A stretch of DNA of 64,000 bases. Origin: Schmidtea polychroa (lineage: Eukaryota). Below the pieces are notes generated by a model. That model was not told where the DNA came from. It made no database searches and saw only the letters and a list, made by a program, of their open reading frames with translations. The translations under genes were made by a program, and so were the position numbers. Each line of letters opens with the position of its first letter. Within the stretch, counting starts at the first letter, position 1. Below are positions 35,700 through 50,029 of the stretch, in pieces. The stretch lies in assembly GCA_044892525.1 (NCBI GenBank), contig CM097885.1, forward strand, positions 222,518,001 to 222,582,000, written 5' to 3'.

Positions 35700-37720
35700 G
35701 TTTCTCTTCTAGTCTCCCTTCTAATTTATTTTATTATCTCTTTATATTTTTGAATGTTATGTTCACAGTATAGCTTGAAGTCATATCCAGTCTTAAATGA
35801 TATTTTAACATTTATAATGGTGGGTTACTGGTGGTTGAATGATTGAGTGCTGTTACCAGCGTAACCCAAAATACAACATTGTTTTTCCGCTTGGTACCCG
35901 TTGAGTGATCAACGTTGGTACTGTACCAAGGGTTGAGTACCCACAAAAAGTGAGCGCATCAAAGCACTATAGTTGTCGAGTACTCCGCGGGTTCACGGAC
36001 TACCGTTAGAAGGTATGTGTCCGATTTCCTCAGGTCCCCTATTCGAAATTGTTTTCCCAACTCTCAACACCTCGATTTTCAGTCACTCAAAATTTGCAAA
36101 CAACATACTTCGTACATTAATTTAACTAAATTTGTATTTAGACGTTAACAATAAACAACAACAAAAAAAAAAAAACTCAATGTATCTAGCATAAGTGACT
36201 GTTCACATCGCGGAAATTACACTGGCGTAGATTTTTCTTGTCGTTCATACTCGGCTAACCTAGCCTTCTTTAACTTTTCCCGCGATTTTCCTCAATCGCA
36301 TCTGGGCTGCTTCCACCTCGATGGCCGCTCGGTCACGGGCCTCTTGCAAAAAATCGTTTGTGGGCTCTGTTTTTACCCACGCTGGGGCGTCCGGTTCCGG
36401 CCCACTCCTGATTACTGGGCCCCAGTTGTCGAGGTCCAAGCCCCGGTTTCAATCATGGATACGGTACCATATGTACCGTGTCCGGAGTCGTGTAAGCATC
36501 TGTCGGTCGGCTGCTTCGTTACTACCACTGTCAGAATAGGGCATTTCTACAAAAGAACAATCAAGCCACTTTATACTGATTGTACTACGACGTTAAACAA
36601 AGGATTTTGTTGACCCTTTTTCCCTTTAAGAATTTGAAAATAAAGAGAAATATTTTATTTTAAGACTAACATTTATAATCCTAGGAACCATAGAATGAAA
36701 TTTCATATTTTGTCTACTAATAACCAAAAAAAAAATTTATCAACAATCCTCTTGTTTTAATTAACTATTTTTCTCTAAATTTGTATTTATCACTAAGTGA
36801 ACATTTAAATTATATTTTATGTATTTTAATTTAAATATTATAACGAATTTAAAATTTCAGGGTTTAAATCTTTTGCCACTAAATTCGGGTACGCTGAGGC
36901 GACAGGTATTAACAACGAGCTTAGCTTCTCGTCTGCTTGCCTTTCCTTCGGTTGTACTCGTCATGAGTGGTATAGTCCGCTTTGATTTACTTGTAAGTAG
37001 TTCATTTATTAACCATAGCTTTTCGATTTTAGAGATATTTGATGGGAATCTTTCACTTGGATGGAGTGGCCGGTTGTTCAAAGCCTTAAAGGAATTCTAT
37101 ATGACTCTGTGTTGGTATTTTTAGTCTGATTTGTATCTAGTAATGTTAGAAGTTTTGTTGACTAATTTAATTTAGCATGTTCTTTTGTTAATCGCTTTTG
37201 ATTTTTTGTAAAATAATTTTTTGTCATTTATTGATAATTCGTGCGGCTGATTCCGTGGAGTCCCATGGTTGGCATCGATTGTCTCCATGTATTCCTAGTG
37301 TCCTCGATGAATTGATTTGGGTTAATGTAGGTTTTACTTGACTTTTAGTTCTGGGAACGCTAAGTTAACTAAGATATCCATCTCTGATAAGCCTGGGTTA
37401 AATTAACTTATTAGATACGTGTAGTTACCTACATTTACTCATATATCTATATATATGCATCTACTTATGTCCTTATTTAATTAATAGTCCTAGCATTTTC
37501 TCAGAGAGGGGGGGGGGGGTTACTAAAAATAGATTTTAGGAATTACGTTCATTTTATTGGAGCAGAGGGGTAGGTTCTAAATTTAGTCGTGGAGGGAAAT
37601 CCTAAATTGATAATTCAATTGATTTTTGGAAAGTAATAATGAAATAATAGTAATAATAATAACAATGATAATCATACGGTTGATAAGAATAACACTAGGA
37701 AGAGGGANNNNNNNNNNNNN
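35700..37720. mobile_element. GC-elevated degenerate retroelement-like relic (family unresolved)
   Basis: Locally high GC. Broken minus-strand ORFs include a gag-like LSVPEFSG. AATAAA followed by an A-run at about 36150-36176, and a purine tract AGAGAG(G)n at about 37503-37518. No RT or IN motif was found. Confidence 0.35.
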
Positions 37721-37949
37721 NNNNNNNNNNNNNNNNNNNNNNNNNNNNNNNNNNNNNNNNNNNNNNNNNNNNNNNNNNNNNNNNNNNNNNNNNNNNNNNN
37801 NNNNNNNNNNNNNNNNNNNNNNNNNNNNNNNNNNNNNNNNNNNNNNNNNNNNNNNNNNNNNNNNNNNNNNNNNNNNNNNNNNNNNNNNNNNNNNNNNNNN
37901 NNNNNNNNNNNNNNNNNCAATTTAAAATTTCTAGATTGAAGTTAATACT

Positions 37950-38415
37950 TTTATAACCAAAATTTATATTTTATAGCTGAAATTTATACTTTATGTTTAA
38001 AATTTTGGATTAATTTATATTATATAGTTGAAATTTGTATTTTATATTTAACATTTTGGTTCAATTTATATTTTATAGTTGAAAGTTATACTTTATATTT
38101 AAAATTTTAGATTAATTTATATTATATAGTTGGAATTTATATTTTATTTTAAAATTTTGGTTTAATTTATATTTCATAGTTGAAATTTATATTTTATATT
38201 TAAAAATTTAGATTAATTTATATTATATAGTTGGAATTTATATTTTATTTTAAAATTTTGGTTTAATTTATATTTCATAGTTGAAATTTATATTTTATAT
38301 TTAAAATTTTAGATTAATTTATATTATATAGTTGGAATTTATATTTTATTTTAAAATTTTGGTTTAATTTATATTTCATAGTTGAAATTTATATTTTATA
38401 TTTAAAATTTTGGAT
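37950..38415. repeat. AT-rich minisatellite: about 50-bp monomers organised into a 101-bp higher-order dimer
   Basis: gattaatttatattatatagttggaa recurs at 38110, 38211 and 38312, alternating with the variant gtttaatttatatttcatagttgaaa. Confidence 0.9.
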
Positions 38416-39066
38416 TTTAAAACTTTGACTTTGCAGTTGAGGTTCATGCTAAAAATTCATATCTAATTATTATATTTTAATAAAACTTTCATGTAACGAT
38501 CTGTAATTTATGGTTTTGTAAGCAAATTTTACCCATGACAATTTAGAATTCCTACCTTTACGATCAAAATTGATATATTTAGGTATCAAGTACTTTCGCA
38601 ATTTTAGTTTATGTTTCTAATTATCTATAATTCATAAAAATTTCCATCCATTTCTGTAACAGCATTTATCTACAGCCACTGGTAATTCCCATTTTCAGCG
38701 ACGAATTTATCCATAACCATCCTTTAGAAGGGCCCAACTATAACTATTCTTCAACACTTCATAAGATTATGACGGGATTCTATGTTCTAAAGGTATATGA
38801 TTCGTATTCAGCTAATTGCATTTAATGAAAAATCCAAGCCCTGCCAATACATCTATCGAACCTTAGTTACGAACTAAATCATTATGAAAATTCTTTACTT
38901 TATTCAAAAATTTATCTAGGTTCGACAATGTATGGGCAGAGTCAATTTTTAGGAACTCAACCGCCTATACTAAGTGTGATTTGTTGAATTTTAGGTATGA
39001 GATCTACTCAATTTACCAACCTTAGGGTATTTTTGTATCACTGATTTTAAATGTTGACTTTAAATA

Positions 39067-39402
39067 TGTGTTACGTAAAAGGCCGGGAAGAATATTGCTT
39101 CCATGGCCCCACTGTGACCACTTCCACAAACCTTAGTGTTGAGTGTTGAGTCAACCATTTACGGTCGACCTTACATAAATACAAAGAGTCAGACGGAGGT
39201 TTTCCTCGACCAAACTCCATGGCAGGACCATGAAGTAGTTCGACCTCCGAAGGACCCGAACACAAAAAGAGCCGTATAATAAGTGATTATTATAATATAA
39301 ATAATGTATGTGTGCATGTACTATAAGGATATTAACAAAATCGAATGCAAGACTGAACAACGACGCAGGAATACCGGTGCGCCGTTGAACCTTCGTACAT
39401 CA
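39067..39402. mobile_element. Probable solo LTR (about 336 bp)
   Basis: GC-richer island bounded by TG...CA with short inverted termini (tgtgttacg / cgtacatca). Flanks aaata / aaaga are a 4/5 TSD match. Confidence 0.5.
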
Positions 39403-42400
39403 AAAGAAAATTTTTGAAACAAAAATCAAATATGGAATACTTTAATTTTAAGTAAATCATAACTACATAAAAAATTTCAATCAAATCTACTTACTATGTA
39501 GGTTGGAAAAATTTTGTTCAAAATTTGGCATAAAAATAATACTAAATACTGACTGAAACGTGTCAGTATATATACCTATTTAGTACACGTGTATGTATTA
39601 ATGCATTAAAACAAACTCGAATTCTTTTTATTCCAGAATTTTCTATTTTGCGATTTTGATATTTTTAATGGCGATTTTTGTGCCATAATTTTTGTTTTTA
39701 TTTTTAAATTTTAAATTTTTTATTATTTTTCGTTAATTTGACGTCCATGATGGATTTGGAACGGTTCCAGAACATTCTATATTACTTTTAATTTACTTTT
39801 TATTCTAACTGGTGTTTTATGAATTTCTTTTTAAGATTTATTATTTTTTAATACTAATTTATTTATTTTCTCTAACCTTTATGGCTTCTGTGATGGTCAT
39901 CGTCATTTTAATGGAATGTTCTGGGTTTTCTGGAATTTTTTACTGTTTTTACCATCTTTTAAGTTATTCGAGTTTGCTTTTTGTAATTCTATGTTTATTT
40001 GGTTATTTTTGAGTTAGATTTTGCATAACTTCTTGCTTTTGTATGATTTTATTTAATTTGTGTGTTTATTATTTTTGTTGTTTTCTCTGTTTAATTACCA
40101 TTGTTTATTTGGTGTAGGTTTTAATATTTAACTTTACTTGGTGCTTTTTTACTTGCTGTGTACCTACACATTTCAGTCAAAATTAGTATTTTGGGTCTAG
40201 AAATCAGTTCTAGCCCAACAATAATGTGAATCTTGTAGTTTCTTTTATTTATTTCTATCGTGTTTTATTTATTTCAAACTAATTTTAAAACCTTGCCATG
40301 TCTGTGTCTTGTTGCATTCGATTTAGCAGGTCAATGATTAAAAATATAATGTTTGTCCATCATTTCATCTATTCTGATCATCCATTGTTACCAAATTTAA
40401 CGTCTAGGTATCTATAGATATTCTCTTCAATGATATGTTAACATAAATTTAAAATTTTTACTTATTTAAATCTATTTTTAATTTATTACCATAATTCTTC
40501 ACAAGATATTTAATCTTTAAAATATCTTACCATAAATTCCTGTTCAAAAATCTTGGGACCAAAAATTCTTTGGCATTTTTAGCGAGAATTATTTTAGGCT
40601 TTTTTGTAACTAGAATTATTTTAAGCTTTTAAGCGAGAGCTGAATTCCCTGTACAAAAATCCCCGTGATCTAAAATATCCTAGAGACTTAAAATACTTTG
40701 GCTTTTTTAGAGAGAAAAATATTTAGAGTTTTTTCATTAAAAATTTATTTTGGTGCCTTTTTGCAATAGTTTTTTCGTTAAAAATTAATTTTTTTAAAAA
40801 ATATTTTAAAAAAAGAAAACCCCCCTCTCCCTTAAATGATTAGGGAAAGGGAGTTTACAAAACAAATTTTTGTTTAAGCCAAATATCTCATGGGTCATAT
40901 GAATGTAAACAAATTAAAATAATATGTATTTTTAGTCCTACTAATATTCTACTAATGCTGTAGTATATGAGTCATACAGACACGTGTTTTTTGTCCAAAT
41001 TCTAAACAGAGTAACTTCGGGAGCACAATAGCTACAAATTAAGTAGATGTAATAGCTACAAAAAGTATTTTTGATAAAAAGTAAAATGCAAAAAGTTTTA
41101 CTTAGGAAGGAATGCATTATTTACATTAAAATTACAATATTTTTTCAAATCTTTTTTAGTATTAATTTTATGAATTGAATATACAAAGTATATGGGGGAA
41201 ATTGAGATTTCATTGATATCCATGAAAAATAAAATTTAATTTTTTCGTCAGTTTCAAGTCAGCAACAGCTAATAACACTAGTTTGATGCATTTCATAATT
41301 ATTATTTTCTTATAAATTAAAATAATTAAAATCTGTAAATTAGTTAACAAATATGAAAATGTCATTGAAATAGTATGCAAATGAATATTTTATGATTTTA
41401 TTTATAATCTTGTTTGCTCGTTGACAAATTAGACAAGAGTAATAATATTATTATTTATAATATTAATATAGTTTTTTTCCCTTTTTCAATTCATTAGCTT
41501 TTATAATCTGTTTTTATCTTTATTATTTTCTATGGGCATTATAATTTTCTGCTTGAAAAAGTAAATAGTTCCTTAATTTCCCGCAATAATTCCGACAATT
41601 CGATTATCAGTGGAATAAATGAGTGATAAATTTACATTTAGTGTCATTTTGAAGCGTTCGTGTTTACGTGCAATTTTCATTGTGGTCAAAAGAATGTCAA
41701 AAAAAAATTTCTTCTCTGTTGAAAGTCGAAAGGTTGATTAAATAATTACTTCGTTCGGAAAATTAATTGGCATCAGAGTAACAAATTTTGTTTATTTTCA
41801 TTTCCAGATACTGAAAATTGACAACTGAATTTCCAGACACCTATATTATTTTGAAAGACAAATAAGAAAACATAAATAAATANNNNNNNNNNNNNNNNNN
41901 NNNNNNNNNNNNNNNNNNNNNNNNNNNNNNNNNNNNNNNNNNNNNNNNNNNNNNNNNNNNNNNNNNNNNNNNNNNNNNNNNNNNNNNNNNNNNNNNNNNN
42001 NNNNNNNNNNNNNNNNNNNNNNNNNNNNNNNNNNNNNNNNNNNNNNNNNNNNNNNNNNNNNNNNNNNNNNNNNNNNNNNNNNNNNNNNNNNNNNNNNNNN
42101 NNNNNNNNNNNNNNNNNNNNNNNNNNNNNNNNNNNNNNNNNNNNNNNNNNNNNNNNNNNNGTCTACTTCATTAATCTTGATGATTTCACTAATATTTACG
42201 ACAATCAATAAAATATTTACCACTTTCAGTTTTAATTTAATGCATTCAATTTAACGCAATCAATTAAATAAATTTTATTTTCACAATTTGTGGATAAATA
42301 ATTAATTTAATTTCTTTTTTTTAAATATTAGATTTCAAGAGCAAAGTAAACGCCGAAATTATGTGATTTGATTTCGCTGGTCTTTCTCTTACTCTGATTG

Positions 42401-43231
42401 AATTTTTTTAAATCCATATTTTGAGTCGTATTGAAACAACGAGAGGTAGAAAAAAAACGCAAATAAATAAATACATAATTAAATATCTTGATGTACCACT
42501 TTAAATGACATTACCATAATCACCACACTTGATGTCAATGGTTTAATGGTTCTTTTTAATGGAGTTTCGTAATCATCATTTTCTTTAAGGAATTTTGACT
42601 TGTGTTGATTTCCTATAGCAGCTATGAAGATTTTTCTATAAATCATTTCAGACAAAATGTAACAACGAAATAGATTAAAATAACAGATAAGACAAACTCT
42701 CACCCGTTTGGTTTTTTTGTATATTTCAGTAAATGAATTTTGGTGTCGAATTAGATTATTATTTTATTTATTTGCAAAATAAAGTTGATTATTGTTGATA
42801 GATATTTGAATAATATTTATTTAGGTAAATAAATTGAATAGGGTAAAATGTATGGAGTAGTTATTACTTTTTTATAATCATATGATACCTTTGTTTTTTG
42901 GGCGGTTCGATATTTAAATATATAATGTATAAATAACAGAATGATCGTATATTTATTTAGCACAACAAATTATAAATTTTCTTTCTCAACTTTCTTTTTC
43001 GTTAAGAATCTCAGGAATTTCGTATATATTATATATAATTAGTATGTAATGTTACCACCGAGTATCTTTAATTTTGTGTTATTATGCTAAAAGTTTTCAT
43101 ATTTAATTTATTATGTTCAAGTCTATTGCTTCCTTTCTTATTAACATATCTTCATTAAGTCATATTTTTCTGAATAAATTCTTCCTGAATATTGAATGTC
43201 TTATTGAAAGATGAGTTCTGCTGATTTTTAT

Positions 43232-43282
43232 AAATGCTAAATTTAATATATAATAAATTATTATATATTAAATTTAGCATTT
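43232..43282. repeat. Perfect 23-bp-stem hairpin (5-nt loop)
   Basis: aaatgctaaatttaatatataat-aaatt-attatatattaaatttagcattt. Confidence 0.9.
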
Positions 43283-43483
43283 AATAATTAAAACACTATA
43301 GAATAATGTCTAAAAAAATTTGTTGTTAGAGCAATGATAGAGTAAATAATAAACATTCCTAAAGATTAAATATTATTATTAATAATGATACAAGACAATG
43401 GTTTTTACATATTTAATCTTTAGGATAAATTTGATCTAACAATAAATTTTTTTAGACATTATACTATAGTGTTTTAATTATTA
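43282..43483. mobile_element. Fold-back MITE-like element (about 200 bp)
   Basis: Left arm taataattaaaacactatag...taatgtctaaaaaaattt...cctaaagattaaatat pairs with right arm atatttaatctttagg...aaattttttagacatta...ctatagtgttttaattatta. Confidence 0.75.
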
Positions 43484-43955
43484 GAATGGATAAATAGAGT
43501 TAAAATAAATTCAAAATGAATGTTAGGTATTAAATAAATATATAAGATAATTAATATTTATTTATTCAAATTTAAAATCATAACTGTTTGTTTTATTATT
43601 TAAACAACTTGGTTGTTTAGATTAGTGTAAATAATAAATGGTAATATTGACAAAAAAAATATGCACGTGTACTTAGTTATATAATAATTTAATATAAAAT
43701 TAATTAATATTTAATTTACATTGTAGTGGTGAGTCGCATTGAAAATTTATTGAAAAAACCAAGTTGGTTTTATTATACATTATGAGATAATAATGATCAA
43801 TATTTAAATGTCTCATAATACATGTTTCATAAAATACTGAAATTAGGAATGAGTTAAAAATGACTTCCACTTGATCTCTTTGACTGGAAGGTAACCGAAT
43901 TTCTAAGAAAGGCATGTTTGGCTAATAATATAAAACATTACATTATATAAATATA

Positions 43956-45026
43956 CACCTAATTCCGAAAGTTAACATAGTCTATAATCTAAAAAAATCA
44001 ATAAATTTATATTATAGGAACACACAAACTTACCTTTGTGTAAAAATTTAATTTAAGTCGTAAAAGTGACAGAAAAATAATTAAACATACAAACACAAAA
44101 CACATAATGGAAAATCCATAATATAGCGTTTTTTCCCGAAATTTAACATTGATTAACATATTAATATTCTCATATTATTAAAATATTATGCACAAAAGAA
44201 CTTTTGAATCAGATTCCGACTGCTCTACCTTTAGCTTCAGAGAAAAAGAAGAAAATACATCGTAAAATTTAATTATAAAATAATTTAGAATATAAACTTT
44301 CTTTAGATTTACAGATATTTCTCAGGATACAGTGCCTTTTTGCGAAGGTGAAAATTTGACAATGTAAGATTTATTCATCAAAATATAAAACATTAAAATA
44401 TTTTACAATGTGAAAGTAGCATTTCAAATTTTGAAGAAGGTCCTTTGACAACTTTGAATTTGCAGAAAAATATCGCAAATCGTAAATTTTAATAAATTAT
44501 TAATATTTTCATAGAATTACAGATTACTTGGAATCCCCAAATATTCGATTATTTCAATAATTTATAATTATAAAAAAATGCAGAAATCACCGAAGGAAAA
44601 AAAAACTATTTTATCCATATACGCCACTTCTTTCATAAATGTCTTAAAAAAATAAATATATTTGGTGATTACTTTATTTATATATAGTTAAAAATATATT
44701 AAAAATATAACTTACATTTTAGCGAAATAATTCCAATTAAATGCATAAAATGTCATAAAATGCCTTAAAAAAAACTATAAATTTAATTATCAATATTTTA
44801 TATTATAAATGCTGACTACAAGTAATATTTAAGAGCTTGAATAATGATTTCATAATTATATAAAAGTCTTAAAAGTTACTTAAAATTAAAAAACTTACCT
44901 GAAAACAATTTTTGAAAATTGCAAAAATGAAGTTAATATTATCATTGTCACATAAATGGTGAGTCACCTTAACTGGTGTGCACACCAACGTGCATTATAG
45001 ACAATGTTAACTTTCGGAATTAGGTG
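43956..45026. mobile_element. Non-autonomous DNA transposon with 33-bp TIRs and TA target duplication (Tc1/mariner-like)
   Basis: Left CACCTAATTCCGAAAGTTAACATAGTCTATAAT versus right reverse complement CACCTAATTCCGAAAGTTAACATTGTCTATAAT (32/33). TA on both flanks. Confidence 0.85.
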
Positions 45027-46660
45027 TATTTTATATTAAAACTATATAGTGTGTACTTGATACAGTGGTGGCTTGTTTTTAAAGTGGAATTAATTAAAAT
45101 ATATAGTAATTGTGTATTTGATTTAGCGATGACCTGTTTTAAAAGTTTTGACCTACTTAAAATTTACTTACTTAATTTTTGATTTGACTTACATAAAAAT
45201 ACTAGGAATTTTAAAAGAAGTGTTAATGCTAGAAATATTGTCAGATAGATTAAAATCAAATATAGAATAGTAGAAATAGTAAATTCAAGAATAAATTTAA
45301 ATTTTGTTTTAATTCATTTTATTGATAATCTATAATGCAATTGACTTAATCAATATTAATACAAATAATCAAATAAACTTCAATGTAAAGAAATTCCAAA
45401 TAATTAATTGAAAACATGCGTAGCAGTAAATATATGAAGCTGGTTATGATTGAAATTGAACTGTAAAAATAATTATATATTTTTATTAATTTGATATTTG
45501 TCTGTATTTAAACTAATATTAATCAAAAAAATTGAAAACCTTTAATAATTGTTACAATAAAAGCTTGCAAATTTACTTAAAAATGGAATTATTAACTAAA
45601 AAATGAATTTTGCAAAATATTTTTAAAATTGATGTAATATTTTGACTGGCAAGTAATAAATTCCTTAGGTAATTATCAATCATAAAAATTAATTAATAAA
45701 AACCTTATTTTTCTCAAATCGTAATATATTCCAAGAACTTGGTTGTCATCTTTAGTATGGCATCAAAATCCATACATAATCTTATATAAACAATCAATAT
45801 TGACGTAATAAAATTATGACATCAATAAAAGTAAAAAATAAATTTATTGTTTATTGTATATTTATTTAAAAGGTCTAATATTATATTTAAAATGATTAAT
45901 ATTATAATAATAAAGATTTTAGAAAATAAGTCATTTAAACATCTAGTTTCCTTGAGAATATTTTAAATTTAAAATAACTTAATATAACCTTTCAATAGGC
46001 CACCTGTCCAAATTTAGCAATTATGCACCATTCAACTCCCTACATGTGAATTCAAAGACTGGTTGTGATTTGAGATTTGTTTTATAATAAATTACAAGAT
46101 TTCAAAATGTTGAAAGGCAATGAACTGATTTGACCCGGAAGTTCTGGACCTTCATTTAAACATTCATTGAGCATATAATGACTCAATGACAGATTTTGTA
46201 TCTTTTAGTTAGTTATTTTGACGAGAAAAAATTCCCAAATTTAAAACAATAAATTCCATATTCTGTGTTCATTTGGTTAATTGGAACATATATTATTAAA
46301 ACATATGTCAATCAAATCAGTGGCATCCAAACCTGAACTTGGCTTGACATCTTCATTATTAACAAAAGGATAATGAATTTATTTCAGAAAGATGTCGACA
46401 AAGATCAAGAATTAAATTTTCCAAAAGATATCTTGAAAATTAATGCGATTTGGTTATCTGCAGGAAACAATTAAAGCTTTTAATCACAATTAAAGCTTTT
46501 AATCACATCTTTAAAAGTTCTGCTCTCTTTAACAACGTTATATATCTTAAATAAATGTAGTAAATAAACATTAAATGAAAATAAAGATATAATTTTATTT
46601 CGCTTTTCCTGTTTATATACTAAGCAGGTTAGTCACGATATTTTAATAAATAAATTTTTT

Positions 46661-46750
46661 AAAATTAATATAAATTAATATAAATTAATATAAATTAATA
46701 TAAATTAATATAAATTAATATAAATTAATAAAAATTATTATAAATTTTTA
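46661..46750. repeat. 10-bp tandem repeat (TAAATTAATA)n
   Basis: Read directly, about 7 near-perfect units. Confidence 0.9.
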
Positions 46751-47454
46751 TAAATTATTATTTTTGCTTGGAAACTTTCGCTTGATCATCCATTCAAGAC
46801 TACTCTGAAAGTTGGCAAACTCAAATCATATAACATAAATAACAAAGTTTACTTGGCCCCACAAATCAACGGTCTAGCCCACTTGTTGTATATGAATGTT
46901 CTAAAATAATTAAATTTTGGATAATAATTCATAATGAAAATTTTAATGTTTGTATACATAATATTTTAAAATATTTTAAAGGTAAATTTTAATTTAAATA
47001 AAACTAATATAGTCAAATATTTCTTTCAATATCATATTAATTATTAGGATTTAATTGCAATGGGCGACAGGTTATTTTTTCGTCTTAATCTCAAATTACT
47101 GGTAATAGATTCTAAGATAAATGATATGAAAATTATATTTAATTAATTTTTACATTCCTTAATTTTTACATATTTTTATTTTTAAATTAAATATAATCAT
47201 TTTATAATCATTAATTTATCTATAATTATATTTACAATAAATTAAAACTTTTACTTATAGCTATATTTACTAACATTATATTAAATTATCTATATTTAAA
47301 ATTTATATCAGTATATTTATATAAATAATCAAAGAAAGGAAGCAAAGTTTTTATAATAGAAAATCGCCAATTAAGTATATTAAAATATAATATAAATATA
47401 ATAAAATATAATATATTCGACCGTTTAACAGTTTTCTTCAAGCTAGAAATTGTA

Positions 47455-48095
47455 TTGATAAAAACAAAATGAAAATAAGAATATTCAAACGAATTAACAA
47501 AAAAAATCTTAATGAAATAGTATCAAATTAAAAATATTTTAATAAAATTTAAAAAAAACATTTTTTTAATCATAAAAATTATTTTAATTTTAGAAAACGC
47601 ACAAAATTGTTAACATTCTCATATAAAACATTTTTTTAAAGTTAATATAAAAAATAAATTTAATTAAAATTTATAAATTAAAAATTAAAAATTGTTTTTA
47701 TACAAAAAACTTAACAAACAATAACATCATCCCAAATATTAAATATACATGTTAAATTATTTAAAAACATATTAATTGAATATAAATTAAAAGATTTAAA
47801 GATTTAATTAACAAAGCATCGCACGTTACTCGTTCCCAGTAATTACTCAAACTCTTCGACAAGATCTTAAAATCAGCAATACTTATTTTTTTTACTGGTA
47901 AACTTCCTAAAATTATCACTAATATGGGCCAATTTATTCGTTAATGTTTGTTAAATTTTTTGTATAAAAATAATTTTTAATTTTTAATTTTTTAATTTAA
48001 ATTAAATTTATTTTTTATATTAACTTTGAAAAAGTGTTTTTTAAATTTTTATTGGTTTGAATATTCTTATTTTCTATTTATTTGTTATTAATACG
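47455..48095. mobile_element. AT-rich fold-back element with long inverted arms
   Basis: aaagttaatataaaaaataaatttaatt...tttttatacaaaaaa.ttaacaaac (about 47638-47722) and aaaataagaatattcaaac (about 47472) have reverse complements at about 47942-48085. Confidence 0.7.
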
Positions 48096-48111
48096 ACTTT
48101 TAGCTTATTAT

Positions 48112-48281
48112 CAGTGGCGGAACTTCAAAATTTGGGCCCCCGCGCAATGTAAAATAATTCCACAATAATTTTTTTTAACAAAAACAAAAGAAAGTTTCGG
48201 AAAATGATTGTAAATATTTCTTTAGTAATAATTTTGGGCCCCTTATAGCTAGTAGGCCCCGCAACGCAGGGTCCTGTGTCC
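48112..48281 (+). mobile_element. hAT-type MITE, left part (runs into an N-run)
   Basis: Starts CAGTGGCGGA with repeated GGGCCCC subterminal motifs. The right end is not visible. Confidence 0.55.
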
Positions 48282-50029
48282 NNNNNNNNNNNNNNNNNNN
48301 NNNNNNNNNNNNNNNNNNNNNNNNNNNNNNNNNNNNNNNNNNNNNNNNNNNNNNNNNNNNNNNNNNNNNNNNNNNNNNNNNNNNNNNNNNNNNNNNNNNN
48401 NNNNNNNNNNNNNNNNNNNNNNNNGTCAATTGAAAATGAAAAGAAATCAGGGATAAAAATCAAAAGAAGTTTTTATAATTATTATTATTACTTAGCATTT
48501 TTTTAATAATCAATAATTTCTCAAAATTTTTTATTATTTGATAAACCAGTATAAAATAAACGTTAAAATTAATCAGTTTAACAATTCTATTAGTAGACTA
48601 CACGAATATTGAAGAAATCGTATGAAATTTACATTGTTGCATGCTATCTAACAGACACGAAGGTTTCACATACTTCCAGTTTCATAAGCCGAAGTAATTA
48701 ATTCTTTTTTTTAAATTACTCATCAATAAAAACAATCAAAAAATTTCTAATAAATTTTTCATGAATTAGTTGGTAAATAATTTGTCGTCTGGATAGTGAA
48801 ATTATTTTATTACTAAATATAATTTTCATTATAAAATATAAAGCGGATATTTTTATTATTGCCGATGTAATGTTAAATTATTTTCTAAAAACAGTTTTAT
48901 CTGAAATTTAATTCAATATAAATTATATTGACAAAATTACATAGATTTAATAAATAACAAATTTTCGGAAATATTTACATTTATTGACACTGATTAGTCA
49001 ATTTTAAATTAATTGAAAAAATTCAATTGCTTATCATTTTCAAATTAAAAAATATTTTAAATAATAATTTNNNNNNNNNNNNNNNNNNNNNNNNNNNNNN
49101 NNNNNNNNNNNNNNNNNNNNNNNNNNNNNNNNNNNNNNNNNNNNNNNNNNNNNNNNNNNNNNNNNNNNNNNNNNNNNNNNNNNNNNNNNNNNNNNNNNNN
49201 NNNNNNNNNNNNNNNNNNNNNNNNNNNNNNNNNNNNNNNNNNNNNNNNNNNNNNNNNNNNNNNNNNNNNNNNNNNNNNNNNNNNNNNNNNNNNNNNNNNN
49301 NNNNNNNNNNNNNNNNNNNNCGTGGGGGTTACTGTCGTGTGTTACAAGAAAGTATTATCTAAATGTATATAAAAACCCGTTTTACAATATATGTAAGATT
49401 GTCGAATTTGATCTTTTTCAATGGGTTGTGAACCAACTGATAATGAAAATGAAAGCTTTCAAATATTATGGCTAATCCAATCATCCGCATTTCCTCTTCA
49501 GAATTGTTTTATAGACAAAAATATATTAAGAAATGAGATAATAGTAATGCATGTTACTAAAAAAATAATAACTTATGTTCCTGTTATTAGTAGTACAGGA
49601 GGCTGTCAAATGAGAATACATGTTAAAAATATCTAATAATGTTAAATTCGAGCAGAGGAACTACAATAATAACAAAGAAAAAGAGTCAATATATCGGGAA
49701 ATATATTAACAAGAGTTATGCTCTTCGTGGAGATTTTGAATATTAACAATATAAAAACTTTAGATATATTGCATTATTTTGTATTTCTCAAGTTAAATGA
49801 AATACACATGATATTATGATAATGACATGTCACAAAATAAATTTTGAGAATGATAAAAGCATTTTCGCTAATAATGAAAATCGGATTTTAGTTATGCCAA
49901 TCATATAAATCTTTTTATCATTTGAATATTTCAATTTTATTGTGAAATATGTAGGGGCATAAGAATAATTGAAGAATTGTAAATATATACTTAAATAAAC
50001 ACGGTAAAGACTTTATTAATAAAAATCAC

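Noticed and set aside
35860-36176. tRNA-derived SINE or structural RNA gene
   Set aside because: No Pol III A/B boxes, cloverleaf or recognisable snRNA/rRNA sequence. No RNA genes are supported anywhere in the window.
37950-38415. CRISPR-like array interpretation of periodic repeats (also 16124-16325)
   Set aside because: Eukaryotic context, contiguous units without unique spacers, and no cas genes.
40818-40855. Helitron 3' hairpin (CTCCCTT...AAGGGAG)
   Set aside because: No CTRR terminus at the expected distance and no Rep/helicase remnant.
41700-41850. Possible third Bcl-2 BH1-like remnant (INW...)
   Set aside because: Requires frameshifts, and there is no BH2, tail or intron match; likely chance.
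46040-46460. LNECLNEGPEL resembling the BEL/Pao RT 'SLNDCL..GP.L' motif
   Set aside because: Flanking translations lack the other BEL motifs (YLPHH, VFDAS, DIxKAF).
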